This document shows positions 54,079 through 62,570 of a stretch of 64,000 nucleotides of DNA, piece by piece. Below the pieces are notes generated by a model. The model had not been told where the DNA came from. It searched no databases and worked only from the letters and a program-made list of their open reading frames with translations. Within the stretch, counting starts at the first letter, position 1. Each line of letters begins with the position of its first letter. This DNA comes from an uncultured Christensenella sp. (GTDB lineage: Bacteria > Bacillota > Clostridia > Christensenellales > Christensenellaceae). The DNA lies in the NCBI GenBank assembly GCA_964592125.1, contig CAZQBV010000003.1, positions 1,605-65,604 of the forward strand, given 5' to 3'. The position numbers were made by a program, and so were the translations under genes.

Positions 54079-56016
54079 ATGCAAATTACACCTATGAATA
54101 GTAAACCGATTGGTGCAGATATTGTAAATTGGGGCGAAGGTGGGAACTCGCCTTTTCATGCTGTGCGTGAAGGTCAAATCATAAAGGCGGAAGTTGTTGC
54201 TGCGGAAGGAAGTTCGCTTACAATAAAACTAAGTGACGGAAGTACTGTAAAGGCAGATTTTCCGGGCGCACAGGTGATGTTGCCTGGAGATCAACTGGAG
54301 CTGATGATGATGTCTAAAGCGGATGGCAACATTCACCTAAGGCTAACCACAATAAATGGCCAGCAAGTGCAAATGGGCACTGGAGACCTGCAGGTTCGCC
54401 TTATGGACATGGGTGTACAGCCTTCTGAAATAAACACAAAGGCGGCTCAATTTTTAGTCGATAGAAATGTGCAGCCCACACCGGAACGTGTTGCATTACT
54501 CGTAAAAATAGCAATGCAGTATCCAGAACTGCCAGCTTCTGTGGCCTTGTTTGTTGCAGAAAACAACATACCGGTTACTCAGCAAAATATAAATGCATTG
54601 ATGTTGTGGCTGCAAAGTGGGCAAACCCTCGGCAATGAAGCACAACAACTTATTAATGATGTGAATCTTTTCCTAACGGAGCAACTTGGTAAAACAACCC
54701 AGCCGGAATTGGTACCTTCAATCGCAGGGCAAACAGAGCAGAATGCTGAGCCATTGCAAAACAAAGCAATGCACACAAATGTAGATCATTCGGCAGCGAT
54801 GCCTGGGCAGGTGCCAGCGAATGATGCAGCCCAGACGGGTTTGGATGCGCGTGCAAAATTGCTTGCGTTGATTGCGCAGCTAAACAATCCCGCCCCTTCC
54901 GCCGAAACGGCGCAACCAGCATTTATGGCAGAAATTACACAGGGACAATCTGGAGTTGTAGCAGAACAGATACTCACAAATTCTCAGCAGGCAGTATTTC
55001 AAAATGCTTTTATGTCTATTGTAAGCCATAGCCCGGTAGAGCGGGCAATTCACCAATTGCCACAAAATGCCGTTTTGGATTTTGCCTCCACATTGGCAAA
55101 CACGAATGAGACACAAGTACAACAAGCCATAGAAGGGTTTCTTTCGAAGTTTCCGCTAACAGCAGAGCAGAAAGCCGAAGTGGCACAAACTTTGCAAATT
55201 GCGTATCAAACTGGACGTGTGGCGGCCTCCACAGTGCTGGCTGATTCGGCTGTAGACGGACAGGCGCAAATGGCGCAACAACCAACTTCCAATGCGCAGG
55301 AAACGATGGCACAGCAAAATACTATGTTGCAGGGCAGTGCCGCAAAACAGAATGGCACAGCAATAAACCAACCGCAAGTGTTTGGGGACGCAGCCATACA
55401 GGAAATGCAGCAGCTGTTGCAAGTATTGGATAAGTTGACTGTTGGTATCAGGCACAATGCGCGAATAGATGCCGAAAACTTGCAAAATGCTGTGAAAAGC
55501 CAGCAACAAATTGCGGACAGTGTGCAGAGCGGCCTTTCTAGGGTGATGGGGGATTCCAGCAACGTAACACAGCGTGCTGCGGATATTTCCTCTCGGATAC
55601 AACTGGGAAACAACATAGAAAATTTTTACTATTGCCAGATACCCATAGAAATGAGTCAAAATAAGAGCACGGCAGAGCTATACGTATTTGAACGCAAGCA
55701 AAAGGGCAATGCAGAAGAGCGCACCAATACAACCATATTGATTGCATTGGAAACGCAGAATATGGGCAGGGTGGAAACGGTAATGCGTTCTGAACGGGAT
55801 AGTTTGGGAATAGAATTTCGGGTACAGAGCCCAGTTATTGTAAACTATTTGCAAAAAACAACTGCAGAGCTTGCGCAGTCGCTTGCAGGTGATGATTTTG
55901 CTGTCAAGGAAATTCGCGTGGTACAGATGAATAAGCCTGTTACCCCGCTAAATGTGGATCAGATGCTGGGAGAAAAAGAATATTTTCAGTTGCAAACTGT
56001 GGATATAAGTATATAA
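54079..56016 (+). CDS. 645-aa hypothetical protein with a Q/A-rich middle and a FliK-C-terminal-like domain
   Basis: ATG at 54079 after GATGGAGGA. C-terminal ILIALETQNMGRVETVMRSERDSLGIEFRVQSPVIVNYLQKTTAELAQSLAGDDFAVKEIRV follows the LxLxPExLGxLxI pattern of the FliK switch domain. Confidence 0.55.
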   Translation: MQITPMNSKPIGADIVNWGEGGNSPFHAVREGQIIKAEVVAAEGSSLTIKLSDGSTVKADFPGAQVMLPGDQLELMMMSKADGNIHLRLTTINGQQVQMGTGDLQVRLMDMGVQPSEINTKAAQFLVDRNVQPTPERVALLVKIAMQYPELPASVALFVAENNIPVTQQNINALMLWLQSGQTLGNEAQQLINDVNLFLTEQLGKTTQPELVPSIAGQTEQNAEPLQNKAMHTNVDHSAAMPGQVPANDAAQTGLDARAKLLALIAQLNNPAPSAETAQPAFMAEITQGQSGVVAEQILTNSQQAVFQNAFMSIVSHSPVERAIHQLPQNAVLDFASTLANTNETQVQQAIEGFLSKFPLTAEQKAEVAQTLQIAYQTGRVAASTVLADSAVDGQAQMAQQPTSNAQETMAQQNTMLQGSAAKQNGTAINQPQVFGDAAIQEMQQLLQVLDKLTVGIRHNARIDAENLQNAVKSQQQIADSVQSGLSRVMGDSSNVTQRAADISSRIQLGNNIENFYYCQIPIEMSQNKSTAELYVFERKQKGNAEERTNTTILIALETQNMGRVETVMRSERDSLGIEFRVQSPVIVNYLQKTTAELAQSLAGDDFAVKEIRVVQMNKPVTPLNVDQMLGEKEYFQLQTVDISI

Positions 56017-56025
56017 TATTGCGCG

Positions 56026-56066
56026 CGATTTATTATGAAGTATGTCGCTTCATTCATCGGTTTTTT
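56026..56066 (+). terminator. rho-independent terminator after the FliK-like gene
   Basis: CGAT...ATGAAG-TATGTCG-CTTCAT...ATCG stem followed by GTTTTTT. Confidence 0.6.
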
Positions 56067-56144
56067 AGGGCGATAAAACGGAGGCTTTAAATCGGAATTA
56101 GTGTAAATTCATATATTGCAGTGGAAGTATGTGGAATTAATGTT

Positions 56145-56172
56145 TTGCTTTTTAAATAAATTCTGATATAAT
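56145..56172 (+). promoter_or_regulatory. candidate extended -10 sigma-A promoter
   Basis: TTGCTT-N16-TATAAT with TG at -15/-14 (TGATATAAT). Confidence 0.4.
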
Positions 56173-56207
56173 ATTTTATATGTATGCACAGGAGGGATAT
56201 TTTAACT

Positions 56208-57272
56208 ATGCCAATTACAGATTCGGTTAGTAATGTTTACATGAACAACATGTATGTAACTGGTGGCAATGCCAACAATAATTATGCAAGTGGTGTTTCG
56301 CAAACTCCATCTTTGACTAATCTAGGCAATGCTCTCCCGACTGCAAATAACAGTAACAATCTTACAAACTCATTTTCGCAAATGTTAAGCGGTATGATGG
56401 CTGGCAATACAGCCAATATGGCTTCGGGCATTGGCGATTTTTCTGGTTTGGGAGGAAGTGGCGATACCAGCTCTGCTTTAAGCGGACTAATGGGCATGGG
56501 CAGCGGTAGCAGTATGGATAGTATGGGTGGATCTTCCGAATCCAACATAATGATGATGATGGTACTGTTGCTTTTGGCACAGCAGAACAACAATGGGCAA
56601 AACAACAACCTATTAAATAGCTTGAATGGAAACAATGCTGCTACAATGGGCTACAACAATGCCAATGCATCTGCGCAGACCTATGCCAATATGGCAAGCC
56701 AGGGAATCCCTACAAATTCAGCTTCGGTTGCCAATGCGGCAATTACTAGCAACGTTGGGCAGCGCAGTGCAGATCTTTATCGTGCAGTTATTAACCAGTT
56801 TAATGTGGAATCAAATCAGCGTTATGCTGTGAATAAGCAGGGGATAGGTGATACCTACTGCAATATCTTCGCATGGGACGTAACGCGAGCAATGGGTGCG
56901 GAAGTGCCGCACTATATAGATAGCGCAACGGGTGCACCGGTTTCTTCTGGCGCAGGCGGTGCCAAGGAGCTGAATGCAAACCAAGTGAACGATTGGCTCA
57001 ATAGCACTGGGCGAGCCTTTGGCTGGACAAAAGTTTCCGCAGAAGAGGCACAGTACTACGCCAATATGGGAATGCCAGCCATTACTTCGTGGAAAAATTC
57101 TGCTGGGCATGGGCATTTGCAGGTAGTAAGCCCATCGGTGGATGGACAGTACGACCCCTCCAGAGGGGTGGCAATTGCTCAGGCAGGTCGTCAGGTGAAA
57201 AACTACGACTATATCACATCGGTATATGGCGCAAGCACCTTGCCACATGTGGAGTATTTTGTGCATGTATAA
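56208..57272 (+). CDS. hypothetical protein with an N/G/S/M-rich low-complexity N-terminal half and a C-terminal Cys/His papain-like (CHAP/NlpC-P60-like) domain
   Basis: ATG at 56208 downstream of GGAGGG. The C-terminal half contains GDTYCNIFAWDVTRAMG and NSAGHGHLQVVSP. No classical signal peptide. Confidence 0.5.
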   Translation: MPITDSVSNVYMNNMYVTGGNANNNYASGVSQTPSLTNLGNALPTANNSNNLTNSFSQMLSGMMAGNTANMASGIGDFSGLGGSGDTSSALSGLMGMGSGSSMDSMGGSSESNIMMMMVLLLLAQQNNNGQNNNLLNSLNGNNAATMGYNNANASAQTYANMASQGIPTNSASVANAAITSNVGQRSADLYRAVINQFNVESNQRYAVNKQGIGDTYCNIFAWDVTRAMGAEVPHYIDSATGAPVSSGAGGAKELNANQVNDWLNSTGRAFGWTKVSAEEAQYYANMGMPAITSWKNSAGHGHLQVVSPSVDGQYDPSRGVAIAQAGRQVKNYDYITSVYGASTLPHVEYFVHV

Positions 57273-57447
57273 TCAGGTTTGTAGTTCTATGTTTTACTTA
57301 TATGATGCGGATTTATGTGAAAGTCCACCTTTTGCGGCTAGCAAGGGGCAAGGGCTTTTCTGCTTTTTGATAGGATCATTTAGGGCATGAAATCAACACA
57401 AAATGTCGTAAGGTCAATATTTCGCAAAAAACAGTTGCTAAAAACGA

Positions 57448-57474
57448 TAAAGTTTCACTGCTATCTTACGATAT
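57448..57474 (+). promoter_or_regulatory. candidate sigma-28 promoter for the fliD operon
   Basis: TAAA-N15-TACGATAT, about 60 nt upstream of the fliD ATG. Confidence 0.55.
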
Positions 57475-57536
57475 AAGAAATAGTGAGAAGATTAATGTTT
57501 GGTTATTTGATTATTTAGATAAAGGAAGTGGATATT

Positions 57537-59807
57537 ATGGCAACAAGCCCAATAAGTTCTTATTCAACATCAAGGATAACCGGCCTTGCATCCGGGATGG
57601 ATACAGATAGCTTGATTCAAAAACTGATGAAGACCGAGCAAATGAAGCTGGACAGGGTGTTTAAGCAGACAACCACCTTGGAATGGAAGAAGAGTGCCTA
57701 TACGGATATCAATGCTCAAATAAAAACATTCCGGGACAAGTTTATGAACACTTTGAGTGCAGACAACGTGCTTTCTAAAAGTGTTTATAAGGCAAACAAA
57801 GTAAACTATACAGAAAATAAATATGTTGATATAAAGGCAACCTCCACCGCAAGTATATCCAGCCATAAAATAAGTGGCATTTCGCTTGCGGATTATGCAA
57901 AGCTTGATGGTGTGAAGCATCGCAATCGTTATATATCTGCTTCAGGCGATGGCGGGAAAAATTTAGTTGCATCAACAACAGGTGCAGCTTTAACCGGTGA
58001 AACCGCAGCCAGCACTATGGAAGATGTCTTTGGCATTGCATCGGGAGAACAAGTTTCCTTTTCCATCAATGGGGAAGTATTTACTTTTGACCATACCGAT
58101 ACATTGCAGGATGTTATGAACAGTGTGAATGCATCCAGCAAAGCAAATGTCACAATGGAGTTTGCAGGCGAAAAAATAACACTCACCAGCAAAACTGCTG
58201 GTGAAAGCTCTAAATTGGTATTGAAAAACATCACAGGCCCCGAAGTGTTTGGTACAAACAAAGCTTTTGGTGCTGTGGGCACAGTGAATGCCACAAACAA
58301 GGTTGACCCGGCTACCACCACCTTGGCTCAACTGGAAACCATAACCGGCAATAGCTTTGGTTTTGTAGGCGGAGCGGTAAAGCTGAAAATAAATGATGTA
58401 GAAATTACACTGACCAATACAATGACAGTGGACGATATGCTTGCAGAAATCAATGGTTCTGCAGCGAACGTGACTGCAAGTTATGACAAAAATGCAGATA
58501 AATTCTACATCAGAAACAACAACGGTGGCTCTGGTGCGGCGCTAAAGCTGGAAAACAGTGTAGGCAAAGTGTTTGGGGAAAAGGGCTTGCTGGGAGGAAT
58601 TGCAGCAGGTACTCTTTCTAAATACGAAGCAGTGGATAGGGATAAGGATAGCATTGTTACAGCTGCCGAAAAAATGGGTATAAAGCTGCAGCTGGATGAA
58701 AGTGGTAAATTTAGCTTTACCGTTTCAGATGGAACAAAGTCCAAAGACTTTTCATTTGATGCCAAAACCACCACACTAAAGTCTATGATAGACAAGGTGA
58801 ACGGGGATGCCGACATCAATGTAACGATGTCCTATAGCCAGATTACAGATTCCTTTACCTTTACCAGTGGTGAGACAGGGGAAGCATCTAAAATAACGGT
58901 TTCAAACAAAGGTGGCACAAATGCTTTTGGCGGTGCAGATTCGTTCTTTGGTATTGCTGCAGGTACTACCACAGGTAAAGATGCAGTTATTGTAATTGAT
59001 GGCGAAGAAGTGAAGCAGGCAAGCAACTCCTTTGTATTGGATGGCATTCAATTTACCTTGAAAGCGAACATGGCAACGGTGGATTCTGCTGACGACGATA
59101 AGATGATAAACTTTTCTATCAGTCAGGATATTGATAGCGTTGTAGACAAAGTAAAAGCATTTGTAGCCGAATACAACAAGCTGGTTCAAAGCTTGAATGA
59201 TAGGATTCATGAAGAAAAGGACTTTGACTATGAGCCGCTAACGCAAGAAGAACTTAGTGCGATGTCCGAAAAAGAGATAGAGAAGTTTGAGACAGAGGCA
59301 AAAAAAGGTTTGCTAAGGAATGACACCACAATCAATTCCTTACTAACCACAATGCGCCAGAGCTTGTTTGAAAAGGTAGGAGATACAGGCCTTTCCCCTC
59401 ATGACATTGGCCTTACCACAGGCGACTGGGTAAACAATGGCCAAATTAAATTTGATGAGGATAAATTCCGTGCTGCTTTAAAGGAAAATCCTGATGCGGT
59501 AGCCACTGTAATGGCCGCGTCTTCTTCCTCTTCAGATAAAGCTGTAGCGCGTGCGGAATCTGGGCTGCTGGGGCGTTACTTTGATCAGTTGTCAGACACG
59601 CAAAATACGCTAACAAAAACAAATATTAAGAACACAGACAAAGCTATTTACGACAACGAGAAGAAAATGAGTGATATGTTGGATCGTATGTACCAGATGG
59701 AAGAACGCTATTATCTGCAGTTTGCACAAATGGAAACATTGCTTACCAGTTACCAACAGCAGAGTTCTTGGCTTACACAACAGCTTGGCTCTTTGGGAAC
59801 TAATTAA
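57537..59807 (+). CDS. fliD: flagellar filament cap protein FliD, enlarged (756 aa)
   Basis: N-terminal ITGLASGMDTDSLIQKLMKTEQMKLDRV and a C-terminal coiled coil. ATG at 57537 after AAAGGAAGTGG. Confidence 0.92.
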   Translation: MATSPISSYSTSRITGLASGMDTDSLIQKLMKTEQMKLDRVFKQTTTLEWKKSAYTDINAQIKTFRDKFMNTLSADNVLSKSVYKANKVNYTENKYVDIKATSTASISSHKISGISLADYAKLDGVKHRNRYISASGDGGKNLVASTTGAALTGETAASTMEDVFGIASGEQVSFSINGEVFTFDHTDTLQDVMNSVNASSKANVTMEFAGEKITLTSKTAGESSKLVLKNITGPEVFGTNKAFGAVGTVNATNKVDPATTTLAQLETITGNSFGFVGGAVKLKINDVEITLTNTMTVDDMLAEINGSAANVTASYDKNADKFYIRNNNGGSGAALKLENSVGKVFGEKGLLGGIAAGTLSKYEAVDRDKDSIVTAAEKMGIKLQLDESGKFSFTVSDGTKSKDFSFDAKTTTLKSMIDKVNGDADINVTMSYSQITDSFTFTSGETGEASKITVSNKGGTNAFGGADSFFGIAAGTTTGKDAVIVIDGEEVKQASNSFVLDGIQFTLKANMATVDSADDDKMINFSISQDIDSVVDKVKAFVAEYNKLVQSLNDRIHEEKDFDYEPLTQEELSAMSEKEIEKFETEAKKGLLRNDTTINSLLTTMRQSLFEKVGDTGLSPHDIGLTTGDWVNNGQIKFDEDKFRAALKENPDAVATVMAASSSSSDKAVARAESGLLGRYFDQLSDTQNTLTKTNIKNTDKAIYDNEKKMSDMLDRMYQMEERYYLQFAQMETLLTSYQQQSSWLTQQLGSLGTN

Positions 59808-59821
59808 ATATTTAGAATCTG

Positions 59822-59849
59822 ATATGCAGGTCTAGTATTGCCTGCATAT
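59822..59849 (+). other. perfect 9-bp hairpin between fliD and fliS
   Basis: ATATGCAGG-N10-CCTGCATAT with no T-run. Confidence 0.6.
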
Positions 59850-59883
59850 TCACTATACACACAGTGTGTGAAGGAGGTATGTA

Positions 59884-60303
59884 ATGTACTACGCAACAGC
59901 CAACCTACAAAATAGATATAAGCAGGATTATGTTACCACTGCCAGTCCAATTGATTTAGTAATCATGCTTTATGATGGGTGCATCAAGCAGTTGAAGTTG
60001 GCAAAAATTCACTTGGAAGAAACAGAGCCTGAATCGCCAAGAAATTTCCTGATTTCAATAGAAAAAGCAGAGGAAATTATACTGGAGCTGATCCGAAGCT
60101 TGAACCTGAAAATTGAGATTTCAAAAGATCTGTTAGATTTGTATCAATTTATGGTGAATGAGCTAGTGGATGTTACTTTCTCTCGAGAATCAGAAAAGAT
60201 TGATCCGGTGATTGATATGCTTAATACCTTGAGGGAATCTTGGGTGGAAGCCAAAAATAGTTTGGGAAATACATTCCAAACTGAAGATGAAATGCAAGGG
60301 TAG
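59884..60303 (+). CDS. fliS: flagellin-specific chaperone FliS
   Basis: YKQDYVTTASPIDLVIMLYDGCIKQLKLA... Follows fliD. Confidence 0.9.
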   Translation: MYYATANLQNRYKQDYVTTASPIDLVIMLYDGCIKQLKLAKIHLEETEPESPRNFLISIEKAEEIILELIRSLNLKIEISKDLLDLYQFMVNELVDVTFSRESEKIDPVIDMLNTLRESWVEAKNSLGNTFQTEDEMQG

Positions 60304-60733
60304 AGCATTGGAAAGCAAAGTGGAGCTGGTTAAGCAGAAATCTTCTTTATTGCAAAAGTTTTTAGATGCAACAAAAAACATACAGGAAATTTTGAATGCA
60401 CCTGAGGAGAAGGAAAAAGTTTCTAAATTGCAAAAAAATGTTGCAGTGCGTGATGCAGTGATAGAGGAAATCAATAGAATAAATAAAATAATTGATCAAC
60501 CGGGCAAGTCGGATGATCAATTTGAAGTAGAACGAGAGAAACATGCATGGCTGTGGGAAAAGCTATTTGAGCAGATAAATGAACTGGAAGAAGACAATGC
60601 GGCTAAAATGGATGCTCTTATGAAAGAATATATGAGTAAGGTGCGTTCAACCAAAGATTCTATTCGCGTGATTGACGCATATGCCAAACAGATGGTTGAA
60701 GAAAGTGCTGCAAATATTGACAAAAATCGCTAA
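60287..60733 (+). CDS. helical protein in the FliT position (putative FliT-like chaperone)
   Basis: 148-aa charged helical protein overlapping the fliS stop. Called on position only. Confidence 0.4.
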   Translation: MKCKGRALESKVELVKQKSSLLQKFLDATKNIQEILNAPEEKEKVSKLQKNVAVRDAVIEEINRINKIIDQPGKSDDQFEVEREKHAWLWEKLFEQINELEEDNAAKMDALMKEYMSKVRSTKDSIRVIDAYAKQMVEESAANIDKNR

Positions 60734-60763
60734 TAACGATAGAATGCTCAGAGAAGAGATTTT

Positions 60764-61216
60764 ATGAAAATTAATCATGTGAACTCTGCGGCAATGGATC
60801 ATGCGGCAAAGAGTGAGCTTAGTGAGACGGATGCTGCAAAGAGTACTGGGTTGGTGTTTAAACGCCACCTAACAAATGAATCGAAAAGTGCATACTTGGG
60901 TCACATTGAAGAGCTGATTGCAGACATAGAAAAGCAAGGTGTCAAATTGGGCAAAAAAGCTGATATGGCTGAAATGCAGAAATATAGAGAAATGATTACT
61001 AAGCTTTTAAATGAGACGGTAAGCAATGGCTTTGCTTTCGAAAAAGAAGGCAAAATGGGTTTTAATGGAAGAAGTAAAATTTTTGTGATTATAAAAAAGA
61101 TCAACACAAAGTTGGATGATATGACACAAAAAGTTTTAGAAGCTGAAAAAGAAAATATTAATCTTTTAGATGATATAGACGACATCAGAGGTTTATTAGT
61201 AGATATGTACTATTGA
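60764..61216 (+). CDS. YaaR/DUF327-family protein
   Basis: 150 aa. EELIADIEKQGVKLGKKADMAEMQKYREMITKLLNETV...KIFVIIKKINTKLDDMT resembles DUF327 as I remember it. Confidence 0.5.
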   Translation: MKINHVNSAAMDHAAKSELSETDAAKSTGLVFKRHLTNESKSAYLGHIEELIADIEKQGVKLGKKADMAEMQKYREMITKLLNETVSNGFAFEKEGKMGFNGRSKIFVIIKKINTKLDDMTQKVLEAEKENINLLDDIDDIRGLLVDMYY

Positions 61217-61235
61217 TAAGATGGAGGGGAACGGA

Positions 61236-61745
61236 ATGGCTGAAGCAGCAGGAAGCATACAAATACCCGTACAGGGGGATGAAGAAAGCTCGTTAAAAGA
61301 TAGGTACTTAGTATTCAATATTAAAGATGAGTTTTATGCTATAGAGATTGTATATATTACAGAAATTGTAGAAATGTTGCCTATCACAGAGGTTCCCAGC
61401 ATTCCAGAATGCATTGTGGGTATTATTAATTTGAGAGGTACCATTATTCCAATTATGGATGTGCGTATGCGGTTTGGATACGAAACCAAAGAATATGATT
61501 CTCGTACTTGTATTGTGGTTTTGGAGAATGAGGATATTTCTATGGGAGTAATTGTTGATTCAGTTCAGGAAGTTGCTCGCATTGGTGATGATGTAGTCGC
61601 AAAGCCACCGGAAAATATAAAGGGTGCAAGCGAGATGGATTACTACATTAAAGGCATAGCAAAATGGAAAAATGAAATACAACTTATTATTGATTGCGAA
61701 AAGTTTTTTGTTTTTGATGATTATACAGGTGCTGTATGCAGTTAA
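61236..61745 (+). CDS. cheW: chemotaxis coupling protein CheW
   Basis: YLVFNIKDEFYAIEIVYITEIV...GIINLRGTIIPIMDVRMRFG. ATG at 61236 lies 6 nt after GGAGGGG. Confidence 0.9.
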   Translation: MAEAAGSIQIPVQGDEESSLKDRYLVFNIKDEFYAIEIVYITEIVEMLPITEVPSIPECIVGIINLRGTIIPIMDVRMRFGYETKEYDSRTCIVVLENEDISMGVIVDSVQEVARIGDDVVAKPPENIKGASEMDYYIKGIAKWKNEIQLIIDCEKFFVFDDYTGAVCS

Positions 61746-62548
61746 CAGATAACGATTTTCATAGATTACGCGATTTTATGTACAATAATTTCGGTATTAA
61801 TCTAGCCCAAAAGCGCACTTTGATAGAGGGGCGCTTGCAAGGTGTACTGAAGCAGAGAGGCTTTAGTACTTTTTCTGATTTTATTGATGATTTGATTGCG
61901 GATAAAACAGGTGGAGATGTTTCGATGCTGGTATCGAAACTAACTACAAATTTTACTTATTTTATGCGGGAAGAACAACATTTCGATTTTATGCGCAATA
62001 CTATTTTACCCGAAATTGTTCCCAATCTGAAGGATAATAATATTTCTATCTGGAGTGCAGGCTGCTCTTCTGGGGAGGAGCCTTATAGCATTGCTATGGT
62101 ATTGGATGATTACTTTAAAAATAAAAAAGGATCTTTAGATACGCGGCTATTGGCATCTGATATTTCCGAACGTGTATTAAATGCTGCAAAAATTGGCATA
62201 TACGGAGAGGACAGAATGTCCAAGCTGTCGGATGAATGGAAAAAGCGTTATTTTATCAATCTGGATAAAGATAGATACCAGGTGGTTCCACAATTAAAAA
62301 AAGAGGTGGTTTTCCGTAAGTTTAATCTGATGGAGCCTGTTTTTCAATTTAAACGCAAGTTTCATTTGATATTTTGTAGGAATGTTATGATTTATTTTGA
62401 TGCTCCAACAAGAACGGCCTTGGCGAATAGATTCTGTCAAAGTTTATTGCCCGGGGGATATTTGTTTATCGGTATGTCGGAAAGCCTTCTCAATAGTAAA
62501 ACGGATTTAGAATATGTTAAACCATCTATATACCGCAAGAGTTTATAG
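61736..62548 (+). CDS. cheR: chemotaxis methyltransferase CheR
   Basis: IWSAGCSSGEEPYSIAM SAM-binding motif plus FCRNVMIYFD. Confidence 0.92.
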   Translation: MQLTDNDFHRLRDFMYNNFGINLAQKRTLIEGRLQGVLKQRGFSTFSDFIDDLIADKTGGDVSMLVSKLTTNFTYFMREEQHFDFMRNTILPEIVPNLKDNNISIWSAGCSSGEEPYSIAMVLDDYFKNKKGSLDTRLLASDISERVLNAAKIGIYGEDRMSKLSDEWKKRYFINLDKDRYQVVPQLKKEVVFRKFNLMEPVFQFKRKFHLIFCRNVMIYFDAPTRTALANRFCQSLLPGGYLFIGMSESLLNSKTDLEYVKPSIYRKSL

Positions 62549-62570
62549 TGGGCTGAGGAGGAGTATTTAG

